DNA of 61,659 nucleotides, filler included. It is 3 parts of 3 records of this genome, joined end to end, with 100 filler letters (N's around TTAATTAATTAA, not from the genome) between each part and the next. Parts side by side here need not be neighbours in the genome. Positions count along the whole stretch, not along the records: positions 18,602 to 48,904 come from SRR31156797_2560; 2 more parts are not named here. One strand, 5' to 3'. The translations under genes and the position numbers were made by a program. Below, piece after piece: positions 29,842 through 37,966 of the stretch (positions within the stretch are counted from its first letter, which is position 1; every line of letters begins with the position of its first letter). A model generated the notes under the pieces. The model had not been told where the DNA came from, did no database searches, and saw nothing but the letters and a program-made list of their open reading frames with translations.

Positions 29842-30897
29842 CTACAGTCTGGAAAGAGCCGGATCGGTCTGTGTGGAAATCGACTGCATGACGCCGTGGC
29901 ACCACCCGCAATCGGTGCAGTTCTTGTCACAGGTTGAGACCTGAGCGAATAGTTGGTCGGGTAGTTCCTTGTTGGGGATATCTATTCGGTCGGCGAGGTC
30001 TCCCATGGCGTCCATGAGATCAAGCAGATTGCCCGAGTAGGAACCGTCGATATACGCGGTTATGGCCCTTTTGAGGAAGATGACTCCCTTGGTGCGACCA
30101 CACAGTTTGATGCCGTCTATCAGTCCTTCATACCGATGAACGTCTTCAGGCCGAATGAATGGCGAGGCGAGCATGAGGCCGGGGTCCTGCAACAATCGTC
30201 GTACACAGCCGAGGTCTCGATTCATGGCAAAGGTTCGTTCGTGACACAGCCCTTCGTTGACCAGCGATATGTGGGCATCATGAGCCGGCTTATAGGGGCA
30301 TTGGTATAAGCACCCTTCGTTGGCCAGAAGATGTATTTTCATGGTCGGATAGAGACTACGTACCGCATTAATGAGTTCCTGTAATCGTGAAGGATTCCTG
30401 TTGAGTGCCCGGTCGGGGACGATGCGGGATGGCGGCTTGAACATGGTCCCGTCAATCATGGCAAGCATGGCGAAAAGTCGTTCAGGGGAATCCAGCATGC
30501 AGTTGACGCTCGGGATGGCTTCCAGCGATCCTGCCAAATCAGGATGGGCATCGGAAAGTGCCTGAAGAAAATATGGATCGGCAAAGATGACACCTGAGAT
30601 ATCTGTTTTTTCGAGAATGTGTTCAAGGCGTCGTGCGGTCTCGTCCAGTCCGGTTTTGCCGAAATATCGTCCCGGTGCATGGAGGCGTGCGTTCATGAGG
30701 ACATATTTATCCACGCCTTCAAGGGCAGAAAGGCCCGAGATTATTTTGTCCAGTCCCGGGCTTTCCATGCGGTGCCGACTATCTGCCAGTCGTTGATCAT
30801 ATAAAGAGAAATGGACCGAGGTCAGCGATGCCGCGTGTCGGGCCAGGAAATCGGTATAGTCCCCATCCGGGACAAAGGGTACGTCGAGGGAGAGCAT
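29842..30897 (-). CDS. Peptidase U32-like (TIM barrel, Fe-S) protein
   Basis: LLANEGCLYQCP..H, FIRPED, KLCGR and C-terminal CxxxCxxCxxC motifs. Confidence 0.65.
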   Translation of the reverse strand: MLSLDVPFVPDGDYTDFLARHAASLTSVHFSLYDQRLADSRHRMESPGLDKIISGLSALEGVDKYVLMNARLHAPGRYFGKTGLDETARRLEHILEKTDISGVIFADPYFLQALSDAHPDLAGSLEAIPSVNCMLDSPERLFAMLAMIDGTMFKPPSRIVPDRALNRNPSRLQELINAVRSLYPTMKIHLLANEGCLYQCPYKPAHDAHISLVNEGLCHERTFAMNRDLGCVRRLLQDPGLMLASPFIRPEDVHRYEGLIDGIKLCGRTKGVIFLKRAITAYIDGSYSGNLLDLMDAMGDLADRIDIPNKELPDQLFAQVSTCDKNCTDCGWCHGVMQSISTQTDPALSRL

Positions 30898-30945
30898 AGG
30901 TAGTTCTCGCCTCTGTGCTCCTTTACGTCAAGAGGGTTTGGGAAA

Positions 30946-31383
30946 TTAGCCGATGGAGCTGTTGACCCAGTTCTCAATATCCTGTGTATTCATGGCACCT
31001 TGCTGGCGTGCGATTTCTCGACCTTCCTTGAAAAGAATCAACGTGGGAACGGCCATGACATTGAACCGGGCGGCAATGGCCTGATCCGCTGTAGTATCCA
31101 GTTTAGCCAGACGCACTTTGGGATGAAGTTGTTTTGCCGCATCATCGAATTGTGGTCCCATCATCAGGCATGGCCCGCAGGTGGGAGAATAAAAATCCAC
31201 CAGTACAGGGACGTCGTTTTTGGCAATATGACGGTCAAACGTGGGGCCAACCAGTTCCAAGGGTGTTGCTTCGAAAACCTTGGCCTTGCATTTGCCGCAT
31301 ACAGCTTCGGCTTCACGTCCGGCATGAACACGGTTGAGAGCTCGGCAGGCGGGGCAGACAATGAGTTTTGTGTCAGTCGTCAT
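30946..31383 (-). CDS. trxC: Thioredoxin 2 (zinc-finger thioredoxin)
   Basis: CPAC...CGKC zinc finger and CGPC active site; GGAGG RBS. Confidence 0.85.
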   Translation of the reverse strand: MTTDTKLIVCPACRALNRVHAGREAEAVCGKCKAKVFEATPLELVGPTFDRHIAKNDVPVLVDFYSPTCGPCLMMGPQFDDAAKQLHPKVRLAKLDTTADQAIAARFNVMAVPTLILFKEGREIARQQGAMNTQDIENWVNSSIG

Positions 31384-31440
31384 GGGTATGTCCTCCAATT
31401 CAGGATGTAATCATGGGAAATTCAAGGGCAAGGGGATGTG

Positions 31441-31848
31441 TCATATGGGCAGGAAAGATGCGGTAGCTCGGGCAACGTCACGGCCATCAGCCTGAACGCT
31501 GGCTTCTGTGAAGAGTATGCGGCTGCCACGCTTGACCACTCGGGCTTTGCAAACGAGATCCGTATGAGGTTGCACCGGACGAAGGTAGCTGACATTCATG
31601 TCCACAGTCGCGGTCCGTTTGCCTTGCGGGTTTCCACCCAGCACTGCATGGGCCATGGTTTCATCCAACAGGGTCGCCAGTATGCCACCGGCGACAACCC
31701 CCGCGCCTTGAAGGAGTTCCGGTTTGGCTGGTAGTCTGAGAATTGCGTTATCCGGTTTGATTTCATCAACTTCAATGCCAAGGAAGGCAAGGAGCGGGTT
31801 GATTGTCTGGTTTTTTTTGCGAACTTGTTCAAGGTATGCGTGCGGCAT
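31441..31848 (-). CDS. PaaI family thioesterase
   Basis: GVVAGGILATLLDETM and TVDMNVSYLRP motifs. Confidence 0.9.
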   Translation of the reverse strand: MPHAYLEQVRKKNQTINPLLAFLGIEVDEIKPDNAILRLPAKPELLQGAGVVAGGILATLLDETMAHAVLGGNPQGKRTATVDMNVSYLRPVQPHTDLVCKARVVKRGSRILFTEASVQADGRDVARATASFLPI

Positions 31849-32668
31849 ATTCAGCGTCTCTCTTTCCTTGTTCCACTTGTGCCTTCATGGTTTCCCGTAA
31901 GTCGGAGAGGATTCTAATGGTCCCATCAACGTCATCTGGGAATGCAGCCGGTTCCAATTCAAGAGTTATGTAACGGTCATAGCCGCGTTTGCCAAGTCGG
32001 TTGAGAAAATCTTCCAGTGGCAGATTCCCTACGCCGGGTGTCAGGTGCTCGGTGTATCCAACTGCATCAGAGTAATGCACATTGTACAACAAATTGTCAG
32101 GCACCTTGTCTATGGCGTGAAGTACATCGCGTCCGGAAACACCCATGTGGCACACGTCAAAGGTGAGGCCGACGTTTTTGTCCCGACATTGATCCATGAG
32201 CCTTTCGAGTGGGTCTTTGGCAAAGGGCGAACCCTCGGCCCAAGGCATGTTTTCCAGTGAAAATTGTATACGCCCTTTGGCGTCGAGCAATAACGGCAAG
32301 TCATAGGCCTTTTCGAACCAGCGGTTCTGGATCATGTTGGCAAGCTTGGAGCCGGGAGGGTGCATGGTGATGTGGTCGGCTTGAGGAAGCGAGTTGGCCA
32401 AAGCTGTCGTCGCCTTCCATGAATTGAGATGTCCGCCCCAAGCGGCCCAGTCACGAAACGGTGCATGCAGGCTTCGTATGGGCAATATCTCATCAATCTT
32501 TTCCAGTCCTGCCTCGGGTGTGAGTTTGGGTGAATTCATGATTAATTCCATGCCCACAAAGCCAGCGTCCCGGCCAATGCGCGCGATGAGCTTCAGCGGG
32601 AGATGAAAGAGACACCCTGCCGACAGCAGGATCTGGGGGCCGGTGTGACCAGTGGATACTGCGTCCAT
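31829..32668 (-). CDS. Sugar phosphate isomerase/epimerase (xylose isomerase-like TIM barrel)
   Basis: LENMP, FDVCH, VHYSD, EHL.PG.G and ITLE motifs. Confidence 0.85.
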   Translation of the reverse strand: MDAVSTGHTGPQILLSAGCLFHLPLKLIARIGRDAGFVGMELIMNSPKLTPEAGLEKIDEILPIRSLHAPFRDWAAWGGHLNSWKATTALANSLPQADHITMHPPGSKLANMIQNRWFEKAYDLPLLLDAKGRIQFSLENMPWAEGSPFAKDPLERLMDQCRDKNVGLTFDVCHMGVSGRDVLHAIDKVPDNLLYNVHYSDAVGYTEHLTPGVGNLPLEDFLNRLGKRGYDRYITLELEPAAFPDDVDGTIRILSDLRETMKAQVEQGKRDAEYAARIP

Positions 32669-32823
32669 GTCGTAGATAATAGATGAATTGAGCACCCAGG
32701 CAATCAAATAATCGGGGAAGGGCAGAAACTATCGGGTAAACGGCAAACGGAAGAGGGATATTTCAAAGAAGAGGTAAGGCAGCAAATGTATTTTTCTCGC
32801 AGTGACTGAGTGCTACTGGTTGG

Positions 32824-32862
32824 AAAAAAGAACCCCGCCCAGACGATACTGTCTGGGCGGGA
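32824..32862 (-). terminator. Intrinsic terminator
   Basis: CCCGCCCAGAC...GTCTGGGCGGG with a T-rich tail on the minus strand. Confidence 0.75.
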
Positions 32863-32927
32863 TATTGATATCGATAATTTGTATAGTGAATTATTTTAGG
32901 TAAAAAGGAATCGTCACTTATCGGTAT

Positions 32928-33314
32928 CTACTTGGTCGGAGATTTTTCGATGAGGTCTGCCACCACAAGCGCCCACGACATATCCCGTTTGTTATCTTCG
33001 GTCATATCGTCGAGAACCCATTCCTTGATCGGTTTTATGGCTTCCTTGAGTCTTGCTGGTCCTAGGTCATTGACCTTGTATGCGGCTTCCAGCCCATTCA
33101 GGCAGAGGTGATCAAATTCGGGATTCAGGTCTCCTTGATGGTAGGCCACAATATCTCGAATGAGAAGCAATCCGAAAACAATGGCCTCGACTTCGGTATA
33201 GTCTCGACCCCATATGTCTCCGCCCCGAATTTCAGGGTGTTCTCTTACAGGAACACGCGACGCCCGTTTGCCGAGAGTCTGACGGAATTCTTCCAATGCA
33301 ACAACGCTACCCAT
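32928..33314 (-). CDS. Hypothetical protein
   Basis: AGGAG before ATG 33314; preceded by a sigma28-like promoter and followed by a terminator. Confidence 0.75.
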   Translation of the reverse strand: MGSVVALEEFRQTLGKRASRVPVREHPEIRGGDIWGRDYTEVEAIVFGLLLIRDIVAYHQGDLNPEFDHLCLNGLEAAYKVNDLGPARLKEAIKPIKEWVLDDMTEDNKRDMSWALVVADLIEKSPTK

Positions 33315-33458
33315 GACCGCTCCTTTCTCCTTCTTAGTCACTCTTCTTTTCGGTAGAGTTCACGTTTTGCTTTAGGGTTTATTTTGTTGAAGAAGCGCGC
33401 GCTGGGATGTTTTGTTGACGGCACTATGGGCCGTGGCAGTCTCTTTATTAATGTATAA

Positions 33459-33485
33459 TCGTCGGCGTAATTGAGTGTGTTTTTA
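33459..33485 (-). promoter_or_regulatory. Sigma28 (FliA)-type promoter
   Basis: Minus strand TAAA-N15-GCCGACGA (consensus TAAA-N15-GCCGATAA). Confidence 0.6.
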
Positions 33486-33623
33486 ATTAATTATAAAAAG
33501 TGAACTTATCGTATGGTTGCCGTAAAATAGTGAACCGGTCCCAGTGAAAGTTATGCTTTTTGAATATGGGAAAATACAGAAGTAAAGAGTTTGGTGCGCA
33601 ACTTTTCGTGGTGCGTTTGCCAT

Positions 33624-33649
33624 AAAAAAGGCCGGAACAAGTCCGGCCT
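33624..33649 (-). terminator. Intrinsic terminator
   Basis: AGGCCGGA..TCCGGCCT plus T-run on the minus strand after the CBS gene. Confidence 0.7.
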
Positions 33650-33671
33650 CGTGGTGATTGTGTGGAAGGGA

Positions 33672-34346
33672 TTACAGGACGGTATGAACCGGATCTTTAG
33701 CCCAGTATTGGACCTGAAATCTTTCCGCCATACCTTGTTGAAGCCGTTTGAATTCGGGCTTCTCCATTTCGCGAATGCGGATATAGACGTCCTTGATGCT
33801 TTCGGATTCCGAAACATTGCGTGTCATGATGTTCATGATTCGGGCGTTGTTTGCTTTGAGGTAATCAAGAACCGGAGCCAGACTTCCTGCTTCAGTGGAA
33901 ACCTGAAGGCAGACTTGTGAGCCGCCCTCATAGACGCCGGAGATTTCCACCAATACTTTGAAGATATCCGTATCGGTGATAATGCCCACGACTTTATCAT
34001 CCTCATCAATGACGGGAAGGCCGCCAAAGTTGCCTTCCAGCATGAGAACTGCTGCTTTTTCAACGGTTTCGTCGGACCTGATGGTCATCGGCTTTTTGGT
34101 CATGATGTCTTGAATCTTGATCTCGGAGAGCAAATAATACAGCTCATGCATATCCAGCGTCGTGGCCTTGGATGGTGAAGCGTCCTTGATATCACGGTCC
34201 GAAATTATGCCGACAATTTTGCCATCCCCATCGACCACAGGCACGCGACTGATGGATTTGTCCTTCATGACCTTGGAGGCCTTCATCATGGAACGGTCTG
34301 AAGAGATGGTTACGACATCCTTGGTCATCCAGTTGGCTACGAGCAT
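33672..34346 (-). CDS. CBS-pair + ACT domain protein (AcuB-like)
   Basis: MLVANWMTK, VPVVD..IVGIISDRD and ASPSKATTLDMHELYYLL motifs. Confidence 0.88.
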   Translation of the reverse strand: MLVANWMTKDVVTISSDRSMMKASKVMKDKSISRVPVVDGDGKIVGIISDRDIKDASPSKATTLDMHELYYLLSEIKIQDIMTKKPMTIRSDETVEKAAVLMLEGNFGGLPVIDEDDKVVGIITDTDIFKVLVEISGVYEGGSQVCLQVSTEAGSLAPVLDYLKANNARIMNIMTRNVSESESIKDVYIRIREMEKPEFKRLQQGMAERFQVQYWAKDPVHTVL

Positions 34347-34662
34347 ATAGGTTCCTCCTTGATTTCCGGTCAGTCTGGACCGGTTGCATTCGATATTCCT
34401 TAACTATTCCATACAGACAACGGCTGGTTTTGGCTAGCCCCATCGTGAAGCGGCAAGCAGCTCATTGTCGTATGTCTGTTTTTCGTTGTGAAGGGTTTTC
34501 GTCTGGCTGGAGAGCATCCTGTCAAGCTGATTTTTTATACTTATCAAGTGTTTTTAGTATGCAATCATTCACATTTTCATGGTTTTTCTAAAATGGGGGT
34601 ATGCTGTTTCATGAATCCGGGGGCGATGAGTTTTCACCCTCTAGAAACTGGAGAATTGCGAA

Positions 34663-35070
34663 ATGGCAATACCGCTCATTGGTGCGGTGGCAGGATTGTT
34701 GTCCATGGTTGTGGATGGCGTATCCGGTCACCTCAAACGAAAAGAGGATTTGAAGAAGGCGGTCATGGAAAACCGTATGCGGTTGGCCCGAAGTGATCGG
34801 GAATTCAATCATGAATGGGAAATGAAGCAGTTGGAGAACGCAGGCTGGAAGGATGATGTGCTTTTTTTTGCCTGGATAGGGTTTTTCATCTGGTCAGGGA
34901 TTGATCCTGAGGGAGCCGGAGAAGTTATACGATCTTGGGAGAATCTGCCTGATTGGTTTTTACAGGTTACGTTCTGGATTGTTGCTGCCGTACTCGGCGT
35001 CAAGAAAATCGGTGACTTTTTGCCCGGAGCTGTTCGTGGCATCAAGGATGCGTGGGGAGGCGTAAAATGA
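34663..35070 (+). CDS. Phage-type membrane protein, putative holin
   Basis: N-terminal amphipathic helix, charged coil, GWKDD, two TM helices (LPDWFLQ...AAVLGVK) and basic C-terminus; resembles 3-TM phage/GTA holin architecture. Confidence 0.55.
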   Translation: MAIPLIGAVAGLLSMVVDGVSGHLKRKEDLKKAVMENRMRLARSDREFNHEWEMKQLENAGWKDDVLFFAWIGFFIWSGIDPEGAGEVIRSWENLPDWFLQVTFWIVAAVLGVKKIGDFLPGAVRGIKDAWGGVK

Positions 35071-35279
35071 CCACGCTGGAACGGCAGGATTTGCAAAATA
35101 TGCTCATCCGCATTGACGAGCGGGTCAAGGCTATTCAGGAAGACATCCGGGAAATCAATGAATCCCGACGGTGTGCAGCTAATCAGGTGAAGATACGATC
35201 TTTGGAGCGTGTTGTCTGGGGCTGTATGGCGACGGTGGCAGTTTTGGGAGCCAGAGTGCTGCTTGAGGCCGTACGATGA
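35067..35279 (+). CDS. Small phage-type coiled-coil + C-terminal TM protein (XhlA/holin-like, 70 aa)
   Basis: GGAGG RBS; ATGA overlap with the previous gene; LIRIDERVKAI...IRSLERVVWG then a TM helix. Confidence 0.6.
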   Translation: MTTLERQDLQNMLIRIDERVKAIQEDIREINESRRCAANQVKIRSLERVVWGCMATVAVLGARVLLEAVR

Positions 35280-35284
35280 GATCG

Positions 35285-36205
35285 TCAGGGAGTGGCTTTT
35301 CCCAGATAGCTGTCGAGTTGTTGCCGGTACAGTCGAGCCATGGCTTTGTCACCAGTTGCGTCGGCAAGGCTGATGGCTCGGCGTACTGCCTTGATGGCTC
35401 CGGGAATGTCATCGGTTCCAGCCAGAGCCTCGGCCAACAGAGCTTGAAGTGTGCTTCGGCGAGGTTCAAGGGCTACAGCCCGTTTGAGAGCTGTGACTGC
35501 CGTATCAAATTGTCCGAGTTTCATGGCGGCTTGTGCGCGTGCCATGATAATCTGGCTATTCTCCGAATCCAGAATGAACGCCTGACTCAGGTCACGGAGG
35601 GCTGGCTCGTACTGTCCGAGCGCCATGTAGGCCATGCCCCGTCGGTAGTTGGCGTCCAGATGAGCGGGGTCGAGTGCGAGCGCGTGGGTGTAGTCGTCAA
35701 TGGCTTCGTCCGTTCGTCCCAGTCCATCATAGCAGAACCCCCGCCGGACATACGCTTCGGCTATGGTGGGATCTGTACTGATGACCTGTGTGAAGTCTCT
35801 GGCGGCACCGCTGAGATCTCCGAGTTGGAGGAGGATGAAGCCTCGGGTGTAATGCCCTTTTGTATGATTGGGCTTGGCCTCAAGCAGTATATTCGCATCT
35901 GCCAACGCTTCGTCGTACCGATGCATTTCAAAAAGCAATGACGATCTGTAATACCGCGCTCCTGCCAAAGAAGGATCAAGTCTTAAGGCTCGGTTCAGGG
36001 AATCGAGAGCCGCATTGGCATCCAGGAATTGACCGTCGTGCATGAGTTGCATGGCTTGACTCAAAGCGTCGGCGGCTTCTGCCTGATGTTGCTGAAGGTT
36101 TATTTCCTGAGGAGTCAAAGGGGGCGGAGTCGGTCGATTGTTTGCACAACCGGTCACCGTGGCGAACAGAAAAAAGAATATCAGGACGGGACAACGCATT
36201 ACCAT
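35285..36205 (-). CDS. TPR-repeat lipoprotein
   Basis: Lipobox VTGC and several 34-aa TPR units. Confidence 0.88.
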   Translation of the reverse strand: MVMRCPVLIFFFLFATVTGCANNRPTPPPLTPQEINLQQHQAEAADALSQAMQLMHDGQFLDANAALDSLNRALRLDPSLAGARYYRSSLLFEMHRYDEALADANILLEAKPNHTKGHYTRGFILLQLGDLSGAARDFTQVISTDPTIAEAYVRRGFCYDGLGRTDEAIDDYTHALALDPAHLDANYRRGMAYMALGQYEPALRDLSQAFILDSENSQIIMARAQAAMKLGQFDTAVTALKRAVALEPRRSTLQALLAEALAGTDDIPGAIKAVRRAISLADATGDKAMARLYRQQLDSYLGKATP

Positions 36206-36251
36206 GAGATACCTTTCGGAGAACCGTCCGTCAACATAAGGAAAATGAAGA

Positions 36252-37538
36252 ATGACACAAGATATGTATACACCACGAGAGCATCAGGCAAAGATCGAGG
36301 CCTCATTAGCTCGATTCTCGGTTCTGGTCTGTCATCGTCGGTTCGGTAAGACCGTGTTGTCGGTCAATCAGCTCATCCGTGCGGCCAGAAAAACGGACCG
36401 GTCCGATTGGCGTGGAGCCTATATTGCTCCGCTCTATCGGCAGGCAAAAACCGTGGTTTGGGATGAACTCAAACGATATTGCGGACTGGGACTGGATGAT
36501 TGCACCGTAAAGTTCAATGAAACTGAATTGCGAGCGGATTTTGAAAATGGCTCACGGATTAGACTCTTTGGGGCCAACAATCCCGATAGCTTGCGTGGCA
36601 TGTATTTGGATGGAGTGGTCTTTGATGAGGTGGCGCAGATGCCCCATCGGGTTTGGACTGAAGTTATCCGACCCGCTTTGTCTGATCGCAAGGGGTGGGC
36701 CTTGTTTATAGGTACACCGCGCGGGAAAAATGCCTTGTATGAGATATGGGAGAAAGCCAGGCTTGACCCTGATTGGTTCACGGCCATGTATCGTGCTTCC
36801 GAAACCGGAATTATTCACCCTGATGAGTTGTCCGCAAGCGCGCGTGAAATGTCGCCGGAAGAATATGAACAGGAATTTGAATGTTCATTTACAGCAGCTA
36901 TTCGCGGCGCATACTTTGGTCAGCTCATGAGCGATGCAGACAGGGATGGTCGCGTGACTTCTGTGCCGCATGATCCGTCCATGCCTGTTCATACGGCTTG
37001 GGATCTCGGTATGTCCGATTCCACGTCCATCTGGTTTATTCAGGCCAAGCCGGGTGGTACGTATGCCGTCATCGACTATTATGAGGCCAATGGCGAAGGA
37101 TTAGACCATTACGCCAAAGTGTTGGACCAGAAAGGATACAAATATGGCATGCACATTGCGCCACATGATATCCGGGTGCGTGAATTGGGGACGGGTAAGT
37201 CCCGGCTTGAAGTGTCTCGCTCTCTCGGTATCCGGTTTGATATCGCCCCGAATATCCCGGTACAGGACGGGATTAATGCCGTGCGGACCATTTTGTCGAG
37301 TTGTTGGTTCGACGAAAAAAAATGTGCGCTGGGCATCGAAGCCCTTCGGCATTACCGCAGATCCTTCAACGACAGAACCGCGAATTTTTCCACCCGGCCT
37401 GTGCACGACTGGACCAGCCACGCCGTGGATGGATTCCGTTATTTTGCCGTGGGATTTCGTCAACCTGAGTCGGGCCACAGAGCATCGAAAACATCCAACG
37501 ACTACAATCCATTCGGGAGGTCCCATGGCCGTTCGTAA
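36252..37538 (+). CDS. terL: Phage terminase large subunit (intact)
   Basis: YTPREHQ adenine motif, Walker A HRRFGKT, Walker B GVVFDE, FIGTP motif III, nuclease AWDLGMSD and HDWTSHAVDGFRY. Confidence 0.93.
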   Translation: MTQDMYTPREHQAKIEASLARFSVLVCHRRFGKTVLSVNQLIRAARKTDRSDWRGAYIAPLYRQAKTVVWDELKRYCGLGLDDCTVKFNETELRADFENGSRIRLFGANNPDSLRGMYLDGVVFDEVAQMPHRVWTEVIRPALSDRKGWALFIGTPRGKNALYEIWEKARLDPDWFTAMYRASETGIIHPDELSASAREMSPEEYEQEFECSFTAAIRGAYFGQLMSDADRDGRVTSVPHDPSMPVHTAWDLGMSDSTSIWFIQAKPGGTYAVIDYYEANGEGLDHYAKVLDQKGYKYGMHIAPHDIRVRELGTGKSRLEVSRSLGIRFDIAPNIPVQDGINAVRTILSSCWFDEKKCALGIEALRHYRRSFNDRTANFSTRPVHDWTSHAVDGFRYFAVGFRQPESGHRASKTSNDYNPFGRSHGRS

Positions 37539-37887
37539 CGTGGAACATCGGCCGGAGGAATTATCTAATTTCCCGGAAACGGGGAAGTATAGGTGGTTGG
37601 AATTGCATGACGCAGCAATTACCTATGGATACTCGGCAATCGCTGAACACGACGACATGCTTGAGTTGCATGTGACGCTTGTTCGGTGGGGAAGAAATGT
37701 CAGGAAGAATCTTGGAGAGGACGTAAAATGGTTGAAGGCAGAGGCCCAACGACTTGGAAAGAGTAGGATCATGGGCATTCGAGCTGATGACCGGGGGCAA
37801 TTTGATCCTCGGCTTTTCAAGTTTGCCGGGTTGTTTGGATTTACTGAAATGCACACGATTCAAACGGCAACGCTTTGTGTTGATTGA
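37525..37887 (+). CDS. Phage-associated hypothetical protein, possible GNAT fold (120 aa)
   Basis: GGAGG then ATG 37525; overlaps the terL stop by 14 nt; ELHV...LKAEAQRLG...KFAGLFGF pattern. Confidence 0.65.
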   Translation: MAVRNVEHRPEELSNFPETGKYRWLELHDAAITYGYSAIAEHDDMLELHVTLVRWGRNVRKNLGEDVKWLKAEAQRLGKSRIMGIRADDRGQFDPRLFKFAGLFGFTEMHTIQTATLCVD

Positions 37888-37966
37888 CCCTTTGGTTGCC
37901 AAAAAAATCGAAAGAAGGCGCACATTTATAGATGTTCGCCTTTTTTCGTCTATGGTTTGTTTGGAT

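Noticed and set aside
96-30897. RiPP cluster made of YcaO, Cys-rich peptide, TolC, radical SAM and U32 protein
   Set aside because: The genes are far apart, not co-transcribed and lie on two different contigs.
35276-35941. 221-aa + strand ORF starting with an ATGA overlap after the XhlA-like gene (possible terS or spanin)
   Set aside because: Lies entirely antisense to a convincing TPR lipoprotein gene and has no recognisable motif; most likely a shadow ORF.
37144-37524. N-terminal 127 aa of the 247-aa ORF overlapping terL
   Set aside because: Out-of-frame overlap with terL; the real start is ATG 37525 after GGAGG.
26320-37887. Intact integrated prophage
   Set aside because: No integrase, att repeats, replication, portal, capsid or tail genes, and the phage-type genes are interleaved with housekeeping genes.
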